From: Candidatus Latescibacterota bacterium
GTDB lineage: Bacteria > Latescibacterota > UBA2968 > UBA8231
Length of the DNA: 64,000 nucleotides
NCBI GenBank assembly: GCA_964291625.2
Contig: OZ220090.1
Span: 544,001 to 608,000, forward strand
Direction: 5' to 3'
How positions within the stretch are numbered: the first letter of the stretch is position 1; each line of letters starts with the position of its first letter. The notes below the pieces were generated by a model, which was not told the DNA's origin, did not search any database, and saw only the letters and a list, made by a program, of their open reading frames with translations. A program made the translations under genes and the position numbers. Positions 28,567 through 38,733 of this stretch are shown piece after piece.

Positions 28567-28630
28567 GATCAACACCCACAAGCGCAAGAAGCGCCTGCGC
28601 AAGAACCGTCACAAGAAGCGCGACCTCTAG
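28535..28630 (+). CDS. Small ribosomal protein bS22 (mS38/COX24-like), 31 aa, not in the ORF track
   Basis: Translates to MPCGRKRKRHKINTHKRKKRLRKNRHKKRDL, preceded by AAGGAG; matches the Bacteroidota bS22 pattern MPxGxKRKRHKxxTHKRKKRxRxNRHKK. Confidence 0.88.
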   Translation: MPCGRKRKRHKINTHKRKKRLRKNRHKKRDL

Positions 28631-28684
28631 GTCCCGGTTCGCCGGCGGGCAGGCTGTAACTGACCGCCGTGCGCAGGAGAGCGT

Positions 28685-28761
28685 GAGCTATTAGCTCAGC
28701 TGGATAGAGCGCTTGCCTCCGGAGCAAGAGGTCACAGGTTCGAATCCTGTATAGCTCACCA
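28685..28761 (+). tRNA. tRNA-Arg (CCG)
   Basis: GAGCTAT/ATAGCTC acceptor stem, CTTGC-CTCCGGA-GCAAG anticodon arm, GGTTCGAATCC, CCA end. Confidence 0.95.
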
Positions 28762-28769
28762 TCGCCGGT

Positions 28770-28846
<77 letters not shown>

Positions 28847-28958
28847 TTATTCGCATGTCCGGCGGACCTCCGGACTCTCACGAGTCTCCAGAGGCCCGCA
28901 CGAAGCCGCAGTGGGCGCCCGGGTCTCTCCGACCCGATGTCGACCCATGCCCTCGCGT

Positions 28959-29036
28959 CGGGGTGTAGCGCAGTCCGGTTAGCGCACCTGCTTCGGGAGC
29001 AGGGGGTCGGCGGTTCGAATCCGCCCACCCCGACCA
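28959..29036 (+). tRNA. tRNA-Pro (CGG)
   Basis: CGGGGTG/CACCCCG acceptor stem, CCTGC-TTCGGGA-GCAGG anticodon arm, CCA end. Confidence 0.95.
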
Positions 29037-29054
29037 TCCTTCCACGGATCGACT

Positions 29055-29090
29055 GATCGGCCCCCGGAAGCGGACCTCCGGGGGCCGATC
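29055..29090 (+). terminator. Perfect 14-bp hairpin after tRNA-Pro (terminator or processing stem, no U-tract)
   Basis: gatcggcccccgga-agcggacc-tccgggggccgatc. Confidence 0.55.
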
Positions 29091-29105
29091 GCCTGCCCCA
29101 CACCC

Positions 29106-30053
29106 ATGTCCCTCCGTACCCGAAGTGTCGTCATCGTCGGCCCCACCGCCGTGGGCAAGACCGAGTTGGCCCTTGACCTGGCGGAGTCCATGGGGGGGGA
29201 GATCGTCTCCATCGATTCTCGCCAGGTCTACCGGGAGCTGGACATCGGAACCGCCAAGCCGAGTACCCGGCAGCGACGGCGGGTCCGCCATCACATGGTA
29301 GACCTCATCGGGCCCGGCCAGACCTTCAGTGCGGGACGCTTCGGGGCAGCTGCGAGGGCCACGGTCGAGAGTCTCGAGGCCAGGGGCCGCACGGCGCTTC
29401 TGGTGGGTGGGTCCGGGCTCTACCTGACCGCCGCCATCGACGGTCTGTTCGTTGCGCCACAGCCGGACTCCGCCCTTCGGGAGAGGCTTGCCGTCCGCCT
29501 GCGGGAGCACGGAACCACCGCCTTGTACGACGACTTGCGGCGGCGGGATCCGGCGGCCGCCAGTGAGATCGAGCCCGGCGATGGAGTCCGCATACTCCGG
29601 GCGCTCGAGCTGACCCTGGCCGACGGCCGCCAGCGGGCGGAGAGGTGGGATACGGATGGCGGCCACGGCTTGAGGGCCATGCCGATGATGCTCTGTCTCA
29701 CCCGGACCCGGGACAGCCTGTACCGGCGGATCGACAGGAGGACCGTGGAGATGTTCGAAGCGGGGTGGCCCCAGGAGGTGCAGAGGTTGCTGGAAAGAGG
29801 CCTGGCCCCCGGCGCCGCGGGACTGCAGAGCCTGGGCTATGCCGAGATCCTGGAGTACCTGGCCGGCGGCCTTCCGCAGGACCGGGCGATCGAAGCCATT
29901 CAGCGGCGGACCCGGCGGTTCGCCAAGCGACAGATGACCTGGTTCCGGCGTGACCGCCGCTTTCGCTGGCTCGATCTGGACCGGGTGGGCCCCAGCGGGG
30001 CAAGGGATCGGATTCTGCGCCAATGGAGGACCGCCGGGGTACTTCCTGTATGA
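29106..30053 (+). CDS. miaA: tRNA dimethylallyltransferase
   Basis: GPTAVGKT, DSRQVY, DIGTAKP, GGSGLY, AKRQMTWF. Confidence 0.97.
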   Translation: MSLRTRSVVIVGPTAVGKTELALDLAESMGGEIVSIDSRQVYRELDIGTAKPSTRQRRRVRHHMVDLIGPGQTFSAGRFGAAARATVESLEARGRTALLVGGSGLYLTAAIDGLFVAPQPDSALRERLAVRLREHGTTALYDDLRRRDPAAASEIEPGDGVRILRALELTLADGRQRAERWDTDGGHGLRAMPMMLCLTRTRDSLYRRIDRRTVEMFEAGWPQEVQRLLERGLAPGAAGLQSLGYAEILEYLAGGLPQDRAIEAIQRRTRRFAKRQMTWFRRDRRFRWLDLDRVGPSGARDRILRQWRTAGVLPV

Positions 30054-30056
30054 CAA

Positions 30057-30085
30057 TTGACACTGGCACTTAGCCCGTTTATCTT
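30057..30085 (+). promoter_or_regulatory. Sigma70 promoter for tRNA-Gly and downstream genes
   Basis: TTGACA (30057)-17 bp-TATCTT (30080). Confidence 0.75.
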
Positions 30086-30117
30086 ACTGATCACCTCAAG
30101 TGCGGCAGAGGACCGGA

Positions 30118-30192
30118 GCGGGAGTAGTTCAGGGGTAGAACGCAAGCTTCCCAAGCTTGATGTCGCGGGTTCGACTCCCGTCTCCCGCTCCA
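30118..30192 (+). tRNA. tRNA-Gly (CCC)
   Basis: GCGGGAG/CTCCCGC acceptor stem, CAAGC-TTCCCAA-GCTTG anticodon arm, TCCA end. Confidence 0.95.
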
Positions 30193-30324
30193 AATCCTCT
30201 CCATCCTTCCGGCAGATCCCGTGAACGGCCCACAGCGGCCTCCCGGCTACACGACCCTGCTCACAAACATTCTCCTGCCTCGACGGGAACGTCGAGAGTC
30301 TCTCCGTGGACATGGGAGGGTTGG

Positions 30325-31674
30325 ATGATCCCGGTAAGCGGAGTCGCCCCCGGTTCCCTGGCCGAGCGGGCGGGGTTCGCGGGGGGAGACCGGATCGCCC
30401 GTGTCAACGGCGAGCCGGTGGGGGACCTGATCGACTTTCAGGTGGCCAGCTCGGAGCCACGGCTGCTGTTCGAGGTCGAGCGGGAGGGAGAGTTGTACGA
30501 GGTGGAGGTGGAGCGCCGGGACGGAGAGTCCCTGGGCTTCGACTTCGAAGAGATGCGCCTCCGGCGATGCAACAACAAGTGCGTGTTCTGCTTCCTCCAC
30601 CAGATGCCGGGCGGCATGCGGCGGTCGCTCTACTTCGAGGACGACGACTACCGGCTCTCCTTCCTCCACGGATCCTACGTGACCCTGACCAACGTCAAGG
30701 AGCACGACCTCCAGCGGATCGTGGATCAGGGCCTGACTCCCCAGTACATCTCGGTTCACGCCACCGACCCGGCCCTGAGGCAGCGGCTGCTCGGCCGCAA
30801 AGCGGGCACCGTGCCCATCCTGGAGCGAATCGAGTTCCTGGCTCGCTCGGGGATCGAGATGCACACCCAGATCGTCCTCTGCCCCGGCTGGAACGACGGC
30901 GACCATCTGGAGCGCACCCTGCGGGACCTGGAGGGCTTCTACCCTTCGGTCCGCTCCGCGGCGCTTGTACCCGTCGGACTGACGCGATTCCGGCAGCACC
31001 TCCCGGAGTTGCAGGCCGTGACGCCGGCCACGGCCGAGAGCTACCTGGCAGATGCCGACCGTTGGGGGGAGCGCTGTGCCCGGGACCTGGGTGAGCGGTT
31101 CGTCTATCCCGGAGACGAGCTGTTCCTGATGGTCGGGCGGCTGCCGCCGCCGGCCGACTACTACGATGCCTTTCCCCAGATCGAGAACGGAATCGGCATG
31201 GTGCGGACCTTCCTCGACCGCTGGGAGCGGGGACGGACGGACCTGCCGAATGATCTCGACAGGCCGCTGCACCTCGCCCTGGTCACGGGCCGGCTGGCAA
31301 GCCGGTTCCTGACCCCCATGGTGGATGGCATCGACACCGGCGGCCTCCGGGCCGATGTGGTAGTCGTGGACAACGATTTCTTCGGAGCCGGCATCACCGT
31401 CTCCGGGCTCCTCACGGGGGGGGACATCCTCCGCGCCGTGCGCGGAGGGCCGTGGGACCTCGTCGTACTGCCCCCCAACACAGTCAACGGCGAGGGTGTG
31501 ACCCTCGACGACATGACCGTACCCCGGATCGAGGCGGATGCGGGCATTCCCGTGACGGTGGGGGAGTACGATCTGGCGGAGACCTTGCTGCGGTGCATCG
31601 ACCGGGAGAGCGTGGCCCACGGACGGGGCCGCCAACTGTCGGAGCTCGGGTTCTACGTCGGGCGGAACCGGTGA
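30325..31674 (+). CDS. PDZ + radical-SAM-like Fe-S protein (DUF512 family)
   Basis: N-terminal PDZ, CNNKCVFC, DDDYRLSF, VPVGLT, QIENGIG; usual neighbour of der. Confidence 0.9.
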   Translation: MIPVSGVAPGSLAERAGFAGGDRIARVNGEPVGDLIDFQVASSEPRLLFEVEREGELYEVEVERRDGESLGFDFEEMRLRRCNNKCVFCFLHQMPGGMRRSLYFEDDDYRLSFLHGSYVTLTNVKEHDLQRIVDQGLTPQYISVHATDPALRQRLLGRKAGTVPILERIEFLARSGIEMHTQIVLCPGWNDGDHLERTLRDLEGFYPSVRSAALVPVGLTRFRQHLPELQAVTPATAESYLADADRWGERCARDLGERFVYPGDELFLMVGRLPPPADYYDAFPQIENGIGMVRTFLDRWERGRTDLPNDLDRPLHLALVTGRLASRFLTPMVDGIDTGGLRADVVVVDNDFFGAGITVSGLLTGGDILRAVRGGPWDLVVLPPNTVNGEGVTLDDMTVPRIEADAGIPVTVGEYDLAETLLRCIDRESVAHGRGRQLSELGFYVGRNR

Positions 31675-33071
31675 CGACCTCGGGATCCACGCCGACCGGC
31701 ATCCTCTCCGTGGCGCCGGAAGGTCCCGTCGTTGCCATCGTGGGCCGGCCGAATGTCGGCAAGTCCACCCTCTTCAACCGCCTCACCGGCACCCGGCAGG
31801 CCATCACCGACGATCGTCCCGGCGTCACCCGCGACCGGGTCCGCGGCGCCGCGGAGTGGGGCGGGCACCGATTCACTCTCGTGGACACCGGCGGCTATGT
31901 CCCCCGGGGGGACGGCATCGAAGACCAGGTGCGGCAACAGGCGGAGAAGGCCCTGGAGGAGTCCGACCTCGTCCTGCTTGTCTGCGACGCCATGGAGGGA
32001 GTCTCGGCAGCCGACCGGGATGTGGCCCATCTCTTGCGGCGGAGAGGTGTGCGGTGCCTGCTGGTGGTCAACAAGGTCGATCACCCCGATCCGTACCGGT
32101 ACGACATGGGGGACTTCTTCGGCCTCGGACTGGGCGACCCCCATCCCGTGTCGGGCGCCACCGGCCGCCGGTCGGGCGACCTGCTCCAGGCGATCGTCTC
32201 GGAGTTCGACGATCCTGCGTCCCCGGGATCGGATCGCCCGCCCGAGGCGGTGCGCGTGGTCCTCGCCGGCCGCCCGAACGTGGGCAAGTCGACGCTGATC
32301 AACCGGCTTTGCGGAGAGCGGATCTCCATCGTCCACGCTGAACCAGGAACGACGCGCGACTCCACCGACGTCACCATTCTCCGGGGCGGCCAGCGCTTCG
32401 TCCTCGTCGATACCGCCGGGATCCGCAGGCGCACGCGGGTGCACGACCCGGTCGAGTACTTCAGCACCCTCCGGGCCTCCCACAGCCTCGAGAGGTCGGA
32501 CGTGGTCGTCGTCCTCCTCGACGCCGTCGAGGGAACCACCGCGCAGGACGCCCGACTCATGAGCCGGGTCATGGAACTCGGACGAGGCATGGTGGTGGCG
32601 GTGAACAAGTGGGACCTCGTGGCCGGGTCCGAAAGGGACGACATCGACGCCTATCGAGACGGGATGAGACGACGGCATCCCTTTCTCCAGCACTATCCGA
32701 TCCTCACCCTGTCGGCGATGACAGGCCGCCGCGCGTCGGCCTGTCTCGACACCTCGGCCGCCGTGGCCGGCCGCGCCCGCGCCCGGGTTCCCACCCCGAG
32801 GCTGAACCGGTGGCTCCGGGAGGTCACCCGGCGGCTGGCACCGGGCGGCGCGGGGGAGGTGCGGATCCTCTACGCCGCCCAGACCGGAGTTGCGCCGCCC
32901 TCTTTCGTCCTGTTCTCCAATCACCCGGACCGGATCAGCCCTTCCTACCGCCGCTTCGTGGAGAACAACCTGCGCGAGAGCATCGATCTGGTGGGGACCC
33001 CGGTCCGCATCCACTGGCGAAGCAGGCGCCCAGGCAGGACTCCGGAGCGAAAGGGGGCGAGGCCGGGATGA
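31671..33071 (+). CDS. der: Ribosome biogenesis GTPase Der (EngA)
   Basis: Two GRPNVGKS P-loops, DTGG/DTAG, NKVD/NKWD, KH-like C-terminus. Confidence 0.96.
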   Translation: MTTSGSTPTGILSVAPEGPVVAIVGRPNVGKSTLFNRLTGTRQAITDDRPGVTRDRVRGAAEWGGHRFTLVDTGGYVPRGDGIEDQVRQQAEKALEESDLVLLVCDAMEGVSAADRDVAHLLRRRGVRCLLVVNKVDHPDPYRYDMGDFFGLGLGDPHPVSGATGRRSGDLLQAIVSEFDDPASPGSDRPPEAVRVVLAGRPNVGKSTLINRLCGERISIVHAEPGTTRDSTDVTILRGGQRFVLVDTAGIRRRTRVHDPVEYFSTLRASHSLERSDVVVVLLDAVEGTTAQDARLMSRVMELGRGMVVAVNKWDLVAGSERDDIDAYRDGMRRRHPFLQHYPILTLSAMTGRRASACLDTSAAVAGRARARVPTPRLNRWLREVTRRLAPGGAGEVRILYAAQTGVAPPSFVLFSNHPDRISPSYRRFVENNLRESIDLVGTPVRIHWRSRRPGRTPERKGARPG

Positions 33072-33505
33072 GTGAGCACAGGCCGGGGATCGGAAAGCTG
33101 TACTACAGCATCGGCGAGGTGGCGGAAGTGACGGGACTGCCGCCGTATACCCTGAGGTCCTGGGAAAAGGAGTTCCCCTGCCTCCGCCCGAAGCGGGTCC
33201 GGGGCAAGAACCGTGCCTACCGCCCCCGCGACATCGGCATCATCCTGCTCATCAAGCGGCTCCTTCACGAGGAGCGCTACTCCACGGAGGGCGCGCGCCG
33301 GAAGCTGCGCAACGAGCCGGGGCTGGTTCAGAAGGCGGCTGACGGCTTCCCCTCGGAGCCCCGCGGCAGCCGGCATTCCGAAGGGGGCGGGGAGCCCAGG
33401 CAGGCGGCCCCACAGTGGGGTCCCCGAAGCGAAGAGGCGCGGCCCGGCGACCTGCCCGGGGGGATTCTCGAGGAGCTGCGACGGATCGCGAGGTTGCTGG
33501 AATAG
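33068..33505 (+). CDS. MerR family transcriptional regulator
   Basis: KLYYSIGEVA...LRSWEKEF, RAY, IKRLLHEERYS. Confidence 0.9.
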   Translation: MSEHRPGIGKLYYSIGEVAEVTGLPPYTLRSWEKEFPCLRPKRVRGKNRAYRPRDIGIILLIKRLLHEERYSTEGARRKLRNEPGLVQKAADGFPSEPRGSRHSEGGGEPRQAAPQWGPRSEEARPGDLPGGILEELRRIARLLE

Positions 33506-33538
33506 CTGCCCTGGGTACCGAACCCGTCCCCCTCAACC

Positions 33539-33567
33539 TTGCTCAACGCCATAATTATCTGTATTTT
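33539..33567 (+). promoter_or_regulatory. Probable promoter of the rimP-nusA-infB operon
   Basis: TTGCTC-17 bp-TATTTT in an AT-rich intergenic island. Confidence 0.55.
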
Positions 33568-33622
33568 TTAGGACTTCGGCAGGCTCGGCGTGCCTGCTGG
33601 TGACCCGGGAGAGCCCTGAGCC

Positions 33623-34111
33623 ATGGCCGAAGCAGAGGCCAGCGACGAACGGGCGGGCCGATCTGCACAGCCGGAGGTCCTGCGCCCGCTGCTGTTCGAG
33701 ATCGCGGAGCCCGTCGTGGCCGACCACGGCGCCGAGCTCGTCGATGTCGAGATCTCCGGGTCGGGCAGCTTCAGCGTCCGCCTGTCGGTCCACCGCGAGG
33801 CGGGCGTCACCGTGGATCTGTGTGAGGCCATCTCCCGGGAGCTTTCGGATGTGCTCGACATCGAGGACCCCCTTCCCGGTCGCTACCGGCTCGAGGTGAC
33901 TTCACCCGGCCTCGAGCGGCCACTGCGGACCGACGCCGACTTTCGGCGCGCGCAGCGGCGAAGGCTCAAGGTCGTCACCTGCGATGGCCGTACCGAGTTC
34001 GGCCGTCTCTCCGGGTTCACGGAGACCTCGATCGAGCTCGAGCGGAAGGCCGGCCCCCAAAGCGTCGCCCGCGGCGACATCGCCCGGGCCACCATCGAAG
34101 TGGAATTCTGA
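33623..34111 (+). CDS. rimP: Ribosome maturation factor RimP
   Basis: GVTVDLCEAISR, YRLEVTSPGLERPL; upstream of nusA. Confidence 0.95.
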   Translation: MAEAEASDERAGRSAQPEVLRPLLFEIAEPVVADHGAELVDVEISGSGSFSVRLSVHREAGVTVDLCEAISRELSDVLDIEDPLPGRYRLEVTSPGLERPLRTDADFRRAQRRRLKVVTCDGRTEFGRLSGFTETSIELERKAGPQSVARGDIARATIEVEF

Positions 34112-34121
34112 ACGGAGCGGG

Positions 34122-35615
34122 ATGAACGCTGAGTTCAACATTATCGAAGCCTTGGGCCAGATCGCGCGTGAGAAGAACGTGGACCGCGAGATGGTCATCC
34201 AGACCCTGGCCGACGCCCTCGTCTCGGCTGCCAAGAGGCGCTACGGCAACGTCGACAACTTCGAGGTCCAGACCGATCCGGGGAGTGGCCGCATGCGGGT
34301 GGTGGCCCGCAAGACCGTCGTGGAGGAGGTGAACGTCCCCGAGCTCGAAATCGAAATCGGGGAGGCCCGCCAGATCGATCACCAGGCCCAGATCGGCTCG
34401 GTGGTCTTCGAAGAGTTGAACCTGGCCGACTTCGGCCGCAACGCCATCCAGACGGCCAAGCAGATCCTGATCCAGCGCGTGCGCGAGGCCGAGCGCGAGC
34501 ACATCTACGAGGAGTTCGCCAGCCGCATCGGCAAGATCGAGTCCGGCACGGTGCAGCAGATCAGCCACGGCGACATCATCATGAATCTCGGGCGCGCCGA
34601 AGCCGCCGTGCCCCTCAAGGAGCAGATCCGCCGCGAACGCTATCGCCAAGGCGACACGGTGCGCGGCTACATCTTCGAGATCCTCAAGTCCAGCCGAGGC
34701 CCCCAGGTATTGCTCTCCCGGACCCATCCCGAATTCCTGCGCAAGCTGTTCTCCCTCGAGGTCCCGGAGATCGCCGAAGGGATCGTGACCATCCACGCCG
34801 TGGCTCGGGAGCCAGGAGAGCGGGCCAAGATCGCGGTGAGTTCCAACGACGACCGGGTCGACCCGGTCGGTGCCTGCGTCGGCGTCAAAGGTTCGAGGGT
34901 ACAGGCGATCGTCCGTGAGCTCTCCGGAGAGCGGATCGACATCGTCCCCTGGATCGACGAGGCCGACATCTTCATCTCCCGGGCCCTGGGCCCGGCCACG
35001 GTATCGCGGGTGATCACCGACGGCCGCCGCCATCATGCCCAGGTGATCGTCGAGGAAGAGCAGCTCTCCCTCGCCATCGGCAAGTCCGGACAGAACTCCC
35101 GGCTCGCTGTTCAGCTCACGGGCTGGGGCCTGGACATCATCACCGACGAGGAGTATCAGCGGCGCCTCCGCAGGTTGGAGGAAAGCAAAGTGGAGTTGCG
35201 CCGCCTGGAAGGCGTCAGCGAGCTCATCTCCCTCAGCCTGGCGACATCGGGCTTCATCTCCATCCGGGGCATCGCCCAGGCCGAGGTCGACATGCTGCGC
35301 ACCGTCCCCGGCCTGGAGGGGGAGGGGGAAGCGGCGCGACTGAAGGAACTGGCCGTCGCTTATGTCGAACAGGCGGAGGCCTCCGGCGAGGAGCTCAGGC
35401 CGGCCACGCTCGAGGAGCTTGAGGCCGCCGAGAGAGCCGCCGCCGAGGCCCGGGCGGCCCAGTTGGCCCGCGCCCATGAAGAGGAGGCCGAAGGCGGTGC
35501 TGCGCTCGCGGAGGAACCGGGCGGCGAGGGCGTAGAGGGGAGCGGAAGCGAAGCTGTGAGCGCAGCCCCCGGGGAGCCCGAGGCCCCCACCACGCGCCCC
35601 TTCGAAACCAGCTGA
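34122..35615 (+). CDS. nusA: Transcription termination/antitermination factor NusA
   Basis: FGRNAIQTAKQ, AREPGERAKIAV, VGACVG, LAIGKSGQN; C-terminal HhH/acidic tail. Confidence 0.97.
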   Translation: MNAEFNIIEALGQIAREKNVDREMVIQTLADALVSAAKRRYGNVDNFEVQTDPGSGRMRVVARKTVVEEVNVPELEIEIGEARQIDHQAQIGSVVFEELNLADFGRNAIQTAKQILIQRVREAEREHIYEEFASRIGKIESGTVQQISHGDIIMNLGRAEAAVPLKEQIRRERYRQGDTVRGYIFEILKSSRGPQVLLSRTHPEFLRKLFSLEVPEIAEGIVTIHAVAREPGERAKIAVSSNDDRVDPVGACVGVKGSRVQAIVRELSGERIDIVPWIDEADIFISRALGPATVSRVITDGRRHHAQVIVEEEQLSLAIGKSGQNSRLAVQLTGWGLDIITDEEYQRRLRRLEESKVELRRLEGVSELISLSLATSGFISIRGIAQAEVDMLRTVPGLEGEGEAARLKELAVAYVEQAEASGEELRPATLEELEAAERAAAEARAAQLARAHEEEAEGGAALAEEPGGEGVEGSGSEAVSAAPGEPEAPTTRPFETS

Positions 35616-35641
35616 CCGGGTAAGCGGATCGAGGAGCTCTC

Positions 35642-38047
35642 TTGGAAAAACGCCGGGTATATCAGGTAGCGAAGGAGAAGAAGCTCTCCAGCGATGCCCT
35701 CATCTCCATGTTGAAGGGGATGGGGCAGGACGTGAAGAGCCACATGAGTGTGGTAACTCCCGAGATGCTGGAGGCGATCACCAGGAAGATCGACGAGGAG
35801 AAGCAGTCCTCGATCGAGGAGGTGCAGCGGCAGAAGGTCAAGGAGTCCCAGCGCAAGGCCGAGGCCCGAGCCGCGCGCCAGCCCACGGATGCCAAAGAGG
35901 AGAGCAAGCCGCGGGACGGCCGCCCCACCGGCCGCCGGCCCGACCCGGCCCCGCGCCCCGGGATGTCCCCCCCGGCGCCCGAGCGCCCCGACGATGGCCG
36001 TCGCCGCAAGCGGCGTGGCGGCAAGGTCGACGAGGAGATGCTCAACGAGCTGCGCGAGACCCACACCGCGGATCGGCCGGCCGAGAAGGCCCCCGCCAGT
36101 TCCGACGTCAGCGGTCGTTGGCGGGCGGGCGGGGGCCGCCAGAGGCGCCGCAAGCAGGTCGATTCGCAGGCGGTCCAGGAGAGCGTCCGCAAGACCCTGA
36201 GCCAGATCAGCGAAGGACGCACGCGCCGGCGATACGACCGCTCGCGCGACGAGGGGGGCGAGGAGGAGTCGCAGGAGACCCAGGTCCTCCACATCAACGA
36301 GTTCGCCACCGTCGGTGAGTTGGCAGAGGCCCTGCACGTCCGGCCGGCGGAGGTGATCGCCGTCTGCCTGCACCTGGGCGTGGTCGTGACGATCAACCAG
36401 CGCCTCGACATGGACACCATGGTCACCGTGGCCGACGAGTTCGGGTACGAAGTCAAGCGTCTCGAGTCAGCCGAGGATGAAGAGGCGGAAGACTTTGGGG
36501 ACGACGATCTGGCCGACGAAGGAGATGTGGGAGAGCCGGCTCCTCGGCCGCCCGTGGTCACCGTCATGGGACACGTGGACCACGGCAAGACATCCTTGCT
36601 CGACTACCTGCGCAAGACCAACGTCGTCAAGGGCGAGTCCGGGGGCATCACCCAGCACATCGGCGCCTACTCCGTCCGGGTCCCCGAGGGGCGGTCGATC
36701 ACCTTCCTCGATACTCCCGGACACGCCGCCTTCACCGCCATGAGGGCCCGCGGAGCCCGCATCACGGACCTGGTCATTCTCATCGTCGCCGCCGACGACA
36801 GCGTCATGCCCCAGACGATCGAGGCGATCGATCACGCCCGGGCGGCCCAGGTTCCGATCGTCGTGGCCATCAACAAGATCGATCTGCCCACCGCCGACCC
36901 GGAGCGCATCAAGCGCGAGCTGGCCGAGCACAGCGTCCTCGTCGAAGGGTGGGGGGGGCAGGTCTCCTGCGCCGAGGTCTCTGCCACTACCGGCGCGGGG
37001 ATCGAGCAGCTCCTCGAAGCGGTTCTGCTCGAGTCCGAGGTTCTGGAGCTGAAGGCCTTTCCGGAGAAACGGGCCCGCGGCACGGTCGTCGAAGGTCAGC
37101 TCGACCGGGGACGAGGCGCCGTGGCGACCGTTCTCATCGAGGATGGCACCCTGAGCCAGGGCGATCCCTTTGTCACGGGCATGTACGGGGGCCGCGTACG
37201 GGCCCTGATGGATGAGCAGAATGCCCGCCTCAAGTCGGCGGGCCCCGGGCAACCGGTCCAGGTCCTGGGGCTGGGCGGGGTCCCCCAGGCGGGCGAGGTA
37301 TTCACCGTCGTCCCCTCGGAACGCGATGCCAAGGCCATCGTCACCAGGCGCCAGCAGATCAAGCGGGAACAGGACGCCCGCAGGAGAAGCCTGACCCTCG
37401 GCGACCTGCAGCACCAGATCCAGGAAGGCCGCATCAAGGACCTCAACGTCGTGGTCAAGGGAGATGTGGACGGTTCGGTGGAGGCGATCACCCAGGAGCT
37501 GGGCGGCATCACCCACGAGGAGGTGCGCATCGCCGTCATCCACGCTGCCGTCGGCCCGGTATCGGACAACGACGTGATGCTGGCCTCCGCCTCTGGGGCG
37601 GTGATCATCGCCTTCCACGTGACCATCGAGAGTTCCGCCTCGGCCATGGCCGAGGAGAACGGCGTCGAGATCCGCGAGTACAGCGTCATCTACGAGGTCG
37701 TGGAAGAGTTGAGAGCCGCCCTCGCCGGCCTCCTCGCCCCGAGCCTCGAGGAGCGCATCATCGGCACCGTCGAGGTGCGCCAGTTGTTCTCCTCCTCCCG
37801 GGCCGGCAACATCGCCGGGTGCTACGTGCAGGACGGCCGGATCGCCCGCAGCAGCGCGGTGCGGCTGCGCCGCGAGGAAGAGATCGTCTGGGAGGGCCGG
37901 ATCGCTTCGCTGCGCCGGTTCAAGGACGACGTGCGTGAGGTGCTCGAGGGGTTCGAGTGCGGGATCTCCCTGGAGGGACACAACGATGTCCGCGAGGGAG
38001 ACCTGATCGAAGCGGTCGACGTCGTCGAGACCGTGCGGACCCTGTAG
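35642..38047 (+). CDS. infB: Translation initiation factor IF-2
   Basis: [31 protein letters not shown]. Confidence 0.98.
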   Translation: MEKRRVYQVAKEKKLSSDALISMLKGMGQDVKSHMSVVTPEMLEAITRKIDEEKQSSIEEVQRQKVKESQRKAEARAARQPTDAKEESKPRDGRPTGRRPDPAPRPGMSPPAPERPDDGRRRKRRGGKVDEEMLNELRETHTADRPAEKAPASSDVSGRWRAGGGRQRRRKQVDSQAVQESVRKTLSQISEGRTRRRYDRSRDEGGEEESQETQVLHINEFATVGELAEALHVRPAEVIAVCLHLGVVVTINQRLDMDTMVTVADEFGYEVKRLESAEDEEAEDFGDDDLADEGDVGEPAPRPPVVTVMGHVDHGKTSLLDYLRKTNVVKGESGGITQHIGAYSVRVPEGRSITFLDTPGHAAFTAMRARGARITDLVILIVAADDSVMPQTIEAIDHARAAQVPIVVAINKIDLPTADPERIKRELAEHSVLVEGWGGQVSCAEVSATTGAGIEQLLEAVLLESEVLELKAFPEKRARGTVVEGQLDRGRGAVATVLIEDGTLSQGDPFVTGMYGGRVRALMDEQNARLKSAGPGQPVQVLGLGGVPQAGEVFTVVPSERDAKAIVTRRQQIKREQDARRRSLTLGDLQHQIQEGRIKDLNVVVKGDVDGSVEAITQELGGITHEEVRIAVIHAAVGPVSDNDVMLASASGAVIIAFHVTIESSASAMAEENGVEIREYSVIYEVVEELRAALAGLLAPSLEERIIGTVEVRQLFSSSRAGNIAGCYVQDGRIARSSAVRLRREEEIVWEGRIASLRRFKDDVREVLEGFECGISLEGHNDVREGDLIEAVDVVETVRTL

Positions 38048-38065
38048 AGTTGCGCCTCGGGTGCC

Positions 38066-38347
38066 GTGGTCGTTCTGGTCAGCGAGGTGCAGTTGTACCT
38101 GCCCGACGCCCACTCCCTCAAACAGAAGCGCCAGGTGCTCAACAGCATCAAGGAACGTCTGCACAACCGGTTTCACCTCGCCGTGGCGGAGGTCGATCAC
38201 GCCGACCTGTGGCAGCGCAGCACCCTCGGCCTGGCAGCGGTGAGCAACTCCGGGAGGCAGGCGGACGAGGTGCTGGCCAAGGCGGTGAATTTCATCGAAT
38301 CCGACGGACGGGTGCAGATCATCGACTACACCATCGAGGAACGCTGA
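38066..38347 (+). CDS. DUF503 (YlxP-like) protein
   Basis: HSLKQKRQV, AVAEVDH.DLWQR; conserved position after infB. Confidence 0.9.
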   Translation: MVVLVSEVQLYLPDAHSLKQKRQVLNSIKERLHNRFHLAVAEVDHADLWQRSTLGLAAVSNSGRQADEVLAKAVNFIESDGRVQIIDYTIEER

Positions 38348-38349
38348 CC

Positions 38350-38733
38350 TTGGCAAGCAGCCACCGAGTGCAGCGCGTGCGCCTGCAGTTGCTGCGGGAA
38401 CTGGGCGAGATCGTGCAGCGGCTGCGGGACCCCCGCCTCGGGTTCGTGACCGTCATGGACGTGGAGATCCCCAGCGACGACCTGAGCCACGCCACCCTCT
38501 TCGTCAGTGTCCTGGGCGACGCAACAGAGCAGGAACACGCAATGGCCGCGCTGGAGAGCGCCCTCGGGTACATCCGCCGCGAGTTGGCCCGTCGGTTGAC
38601 GATCCGGCACGTGCCCGAGCTCGCTGTCCGCTACGACCACACCTCGGAGCGTGCGGCCCGGGTCAACGCCATCATCGACGGGCTGCCCGGCACCGGTGGC
38701 GGCACGGCGGAGGCTCCGCCGCCTCGTGGATGA
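38350..38733 (+). CDS. rbfA: Ribosome-binding factor A
   Basis: RDPRLGFVTV, DLSHA, RHVPEL..YD; TTG start at 38350. Confidence 0.93.
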   Translation: MASSHRVQRVRLQLLRELGEIVQRLRDPRLGFVTVMDVEIPSDDLSHATLFVSVLGDATEQEHAMAALESALGYIRRELARRLTIRHVPELAVRYDHTSERAARVNAIIDGLPGTGGGTAEAPPPRG

